A DNA stretch of 63,825 nucleotides, filler included. It is 4 parts of 4 records of this genome, joined end to end, with 100 filler letters (N's around TTAATTAATTAA, not from the genome) between each part and the next. Parts side by side here need not be neighbours in the genome. Positions count along the whole stretch, not along the records: positions 56,523 to 63,825 come from DRR723986_3477; 3 more parts are not named here. One strand, written 5' to 3'. The notes beneath the pieces are model-generated. The model was not told where the DNA came from. It made no database searches and was given only the letters and a program-made list of their open reading frames with translations. Each line of letters begins with the position of its first letter. The first letter of the stretch is position 1. Both the position numbers and the translations under genes were made by a program. Of this stretch, positions 61,204-63,825 are shown piece by piece.

Positions 61204-61881
61204 ATGAAAATCGGCATCCTCCTCGCCGGCCACACGCCAGACCCACTCCGCGACGCCCACGGCAACTTTGACCATATGTTCGCTCAGCTTTTAAAAGGTC
61301 GCGCTTTCGAATTCATCAGCTTTGATCTGCTGGATGGTGCGCGCCCTTCGGTCGATCAAGCCGACGGATGGCTGATTCCCGGCTCTCTGCATGGCGTCTA
61401 CGAAGACCACGCTTGGATTCCCACGCTTGAACAGCTCATCCGCGATATCCATCACGCGAAAAAGCCGCTGATCGGGGTTTGTTTTGGCCACCAAATCATC
61501 GCCAAAGCTTTGGGCGGACAGGTCGAGAAATATCAAGGCGGCTGGGCTGTTGGATATACCGAATACGATCTGGATGGCAGAACCATTGCCCTGAACGCAT
61601 GGCATCAGGATCAGGTGATCGCAGCCCCAGCCGATGCCCGAACCCTCGCCAGCAACGCCCATTGCGCACACGCGGTTCTGGCCTACGACGACCACATCTG
61701 GACCGTGCAGGCGCATCCCGAATTTGATGGCCCCTTTATCGATGGTCTGCTTCAAGATTATGGCCCCGGCGTTGTTCCGGATCACTTGCTGCACGCCGCC
61801 GCCAACCAGACACAGACCCCAACCGACGCCGCATGGCTGGCCACTCAGATGGCAGATTTTTTCCAGAAAGCGAGGGCCTGA
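61204..61881 (+). CDS. Class I glutamine amidotransferase-like hydrolase
   Basis: GVCFGHQ, WHQDQV, QAHPEF catalytic triad. Confidence 0.92.
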   Translation: MKIGILLAGHTPDPLRDAHGNFDHMFAQLLKGRAFEFISFDLLDGARPSVDQADGWLIPGSLHGVYEDHAWIPTLEQLIRDIHHAKKPLIGVCFGHQIIAKALGGQVEKYQGGWAVGYTEYDLDGRTIALNAWHQDQVIAAPADARTLASNAHCAHAVLAYDDHIWTVQAHPEFDGPFIDGLLQDYGPGVVPDHLLHAAANQTQTPTDAAWLATQMADFFQKARA

Positions 61882-63239
61882 TGGCCGATTGGACAGACAA
61901 CCTCCCCGAAGGCGCACGCACCTATCTCGAAGGGCGCCGACTGGACGAAGTCGAGTGCATCATCTCGGACCTGCCCGGCATTGCGCGCGGTAAGGCCGTG
62001 CCCGCCAAGAAATTCGCCCGCCAAAGCTATTTCCACCTGCCCGACAGCGTCTTTTACCAGACCATCACCGGCGATTGGGGCGAGGCCGCAGACGAAGACG
62101 GGTTCATCGAAAAGGACATGATCCTCAAACCCGATTTCTCCACCGCTACCGCCGCACCCTGGACCGGTGACTGGACCCTGCAAGTGATCCACGATGCCTA
62201 TGACCGGGACGACAACCCCATCCCGTTCAGCCCGCGCAACGTCCTCAAACGCGTTGTGCAGCTTTATCACGACAAAGGCTGGGAACCCATCGTTGCCCCG
62301 GAAATGGAGTTCTTTCTGGTCGCCCGCAACATCGATCCGGCACATGAAATCAAACCGATGATGGGTCGCTCGGGCCGCCCCGCGGCCGCCCGGCAGGCCT
62401 ACTCGATGACCGCCGTGGATGAATTTGGCCCGGTGATCGACGATATCTATGACTTTGCCGAACATCAGGGCTTTGAGATCGACGGCATCACCCAAGAAGG
62501 CGGCGCAGGTCAGTTGGAAATCAACCTGCTGCACGGCGATCCGGTCAAACTGGCGGACGAGGTGTTTTACTTCAAACGCCTCATCCGCGAGGCAGCGCTG
62601 CGCCACGATTGTTTTGCCACCTTCATGGCCAAACCCATCGAACACGAACCCGGCTCGGCCATGCATATCCACCACTCGATCCTTGATATCGAAACCGGCG
62701 AAAACATCTTTTCCGGCCCTCAGGGGGGCGAAACGGACGCGTTTTACCACTTCATCGCCGGGCTACAGACGCACCTACCCTCGGCCTTGGCCGTCATGGC
62801 ACCCTATGTGAATTCCTATCGCCGATACGTCAAAGACCACGCCGCCCCGATCAATCTGGAATGGGCGCGTGACAACCGCACCACGGGCATTCGCGTGCCC
62901 CTGTCCAGTGCGTCGTCCCGCCGGGTTGAAAACCGGATCGCAGGCATGGACTGCAACCCCTATTTGGGCATCGCCGCCTCCCTCGCCTGTGGCTATCTGG
63001 GCCTGATCGAAGAAAGCCGCCCCCGTCGACAGTTCAAGGGCGACGCTTACGAAGGTGAAGGCGATATCCCGCAAGTCATGGGCCAAGCGCTTGATCTGTT
63101 TGAAGAGGCAACCGCCCTGCACGACGTCCTCGGGCCCGATTTCGCCCGCGTCTATGGCATCGTCAAACGCGCCGAATACGATGAATTCCTGCAAGTGATC
63201 TCACCGTGGGAACGCGAACACCTGCTGCTCAACGTCTGA
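61881..63239 (+). CDS. Glutamine synthetase-like gamma-glutamyl ligase (PuuA/PauA family)
   Basis: DLPGIARGK, APEMEF, GQLEIN, TFMAKP, GSAMHIH, DNRTTG.RVP, ENRIAG, WEREHLLLNV. Confidence 0.92.
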   Translation: MADWTDNLPEGARTYLEGRRLDEVECIISDLPGIARGKAVPAKKFARQSYFHLPDSVFYQTITGDWGEAADEDGFIEKDMILKPDFSTATAAPWTGDWTLQVIHDAYDRDDNPIPFSPRNVLKRVVQLYHDKGWEPIVAPEMEFFLVARNIDPAHEIKPMMGRSGRPAAARQAYSMTAVDEFGPVIDDIYDFAEHQGFEIDGITQEGGAGQLEINLLHGDPVKLADEVFYFKRLIREAALRHDCFATFMAKPIEHEPGSAMHIHHSILDIETGENIFSGPQGGETDAFYHFIAGLQTHLPSALAVMAPYVNSYRRYVKDHAAPINLEWARDNRTTGIRVPLSSASSRRVENRIAGMDCNPYLGIAASLACGYLGLIEESRPRRQFKGDAYEGEGDIPQVMGQALDLFEEATALHDVLGPDFARVYGIVKRAEYDEFLQVISPWEREHLLLNV

Positions 63240-63272
63240 TCCCAGCGACCGCCCCCCACCCTAAAACAGCCC

Positions 63273-63306
63273 AACCCGTCCAGCCGCCGCAGCTGGGCGG
63301 GTTTTT
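63273..63306 (+). terminator. Rho-independent terminator
   Basis: AACCCGTCCAGC...GCTGGGCGGGTTTTT. Confidence 0.75.
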
Positions 63307-63422
63307 CTATGGCGTAAACGCGCGCGCATTTGCGCCCAGAGCCGCAAAAGACGGCAACAGACCTTGGCAATTTCGAGTCTTTGTTTTACATTTCCCAAAG
63401 GTTCTATTCAGGAAATTGAAAT

Positions 63423-63825
63423 ATGATACAGCCGCCAAACGTTCACGCCGCCGAACCCATCCCCGAAGCCGCCCGCGATGCCATCGACGCGCTGCTTCGC
63501 TCTGGGGATCTGTTCCGCTACACAGCGCCGGAAAATTCCCCTGTTTCCCTGCTCGAATCCGAATTCGCCGCCCTCTTGGGCAGCAAATACGCCTTGGCTG
63601 TCTCCTCCTGCTCTGCTGCGCTGTTCCTGTCACTCAAGGCGCTTGGCCTGCCCCGTGACGCGCGTGTCATGATCCCCGGCTTTACCTTTGCTGCGGTGCC
63701 CTCGTCAGTGGTGCACGCCGACTGCATCCCCGTCCTGTGCGAAGTGCAGGACAACTACCGCATCGACATGTCCGATTTCGAGGCCCAGCTGGACAGCGTG
63801 CAGGCGGTCATCATCAGCCACATGC
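63423..63825 (+). CDS. DegT/DnrJ/EryC1/StrS family PLP aminotransferase, truncated by the window end
   Basis: Not in the ORF track. Manual translation: MIQPPNVHAAEPIPE..SGDLFRY..LESEFA..ALAVSSCSAALFL..IPGFTFAAVP..ISHM. Confidence 0.88.
   Translation, partial: MIQPPNVHAAEPIPEAARDAIDALLRSGDLFRYTAPENSPVSLLESEFAALLGSKYALAVSSCSAALFLSLKALGLPRDARVMIPGFTFAAVPSSVVHADCIPVLCEVQDNYRIDMSDFEAQLDSVQAVIISHM

Noticed and set aside
59825-63239. Calling the GS-like genes glnA
   Set aside because: They show PuuA/PauA-like features and GATase linkage, with no glnB or ntr context.

Overview
This window is not one locus. It holds four contigs joined by identical artificial spacers (44 N + TTAATTAATTAA + 44 N at 23456-23555, 35068-35167 and 56423-56522), apparently from different marine-type proteobacteria; the taxonomy below is my inference from protein resemblance. 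(1) 1-23455, gammaproteobacterial: prkA-yeaH-spoVR, aroK-PTPS-SDR, then pyrC-rnt-sodB-prx-bfd-bfr. A Fur-box-preceded four-gene operon (DUF4856-like lipoprotein, imelysin-like lipoprotein, TonB-dependent receptor, sterol-desaturase-family protein) follows, then grxD, hydantoinase B, a second TonB receptor and argD-argF. (2) 23556-35067, alphaproteobacterial (Hyphomonas-like): glyA, mucR, hemA, NAD kinase, an Hpt protein, a Pseudomonas-type class II PHA cluster (phaC-phaZ-phaD-phasin) and pstB-phoU-phoB. (3) 35168-56422, Halieaceae-like: tRNA-Leu, a GH84 hydrolase, an sRNA resembling Pseudomonas RgsA, pilZ-holB-tmk-mltG-pabC-fab-rpmF-maf-rluC-rne, tRNA-Ser, yccA-tusDCBE-trmA, a dimeric dUTPase and an EctR-like regulator. 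(4) 56523-63825, Roseobacter-like: amino-acid ABC permeases, a lower-GC CHASE-adenylate cyclase gene, a gamma-glutamylation gene trio and a DegT-family aminotransferase. I saw no CRISPR array, rRNA, transposase or integrase. The best candidates for undescribed biology are the putative iron-uptake operon with a desaturase-like member, the RgsA-like sRNA, the class II PHA cluster with a phasin-HhH fusion, a PTPS-III-type folate bypass gene, and a doubly coupled mini-ORF with a hairpin hiding a ribosome-binding site.
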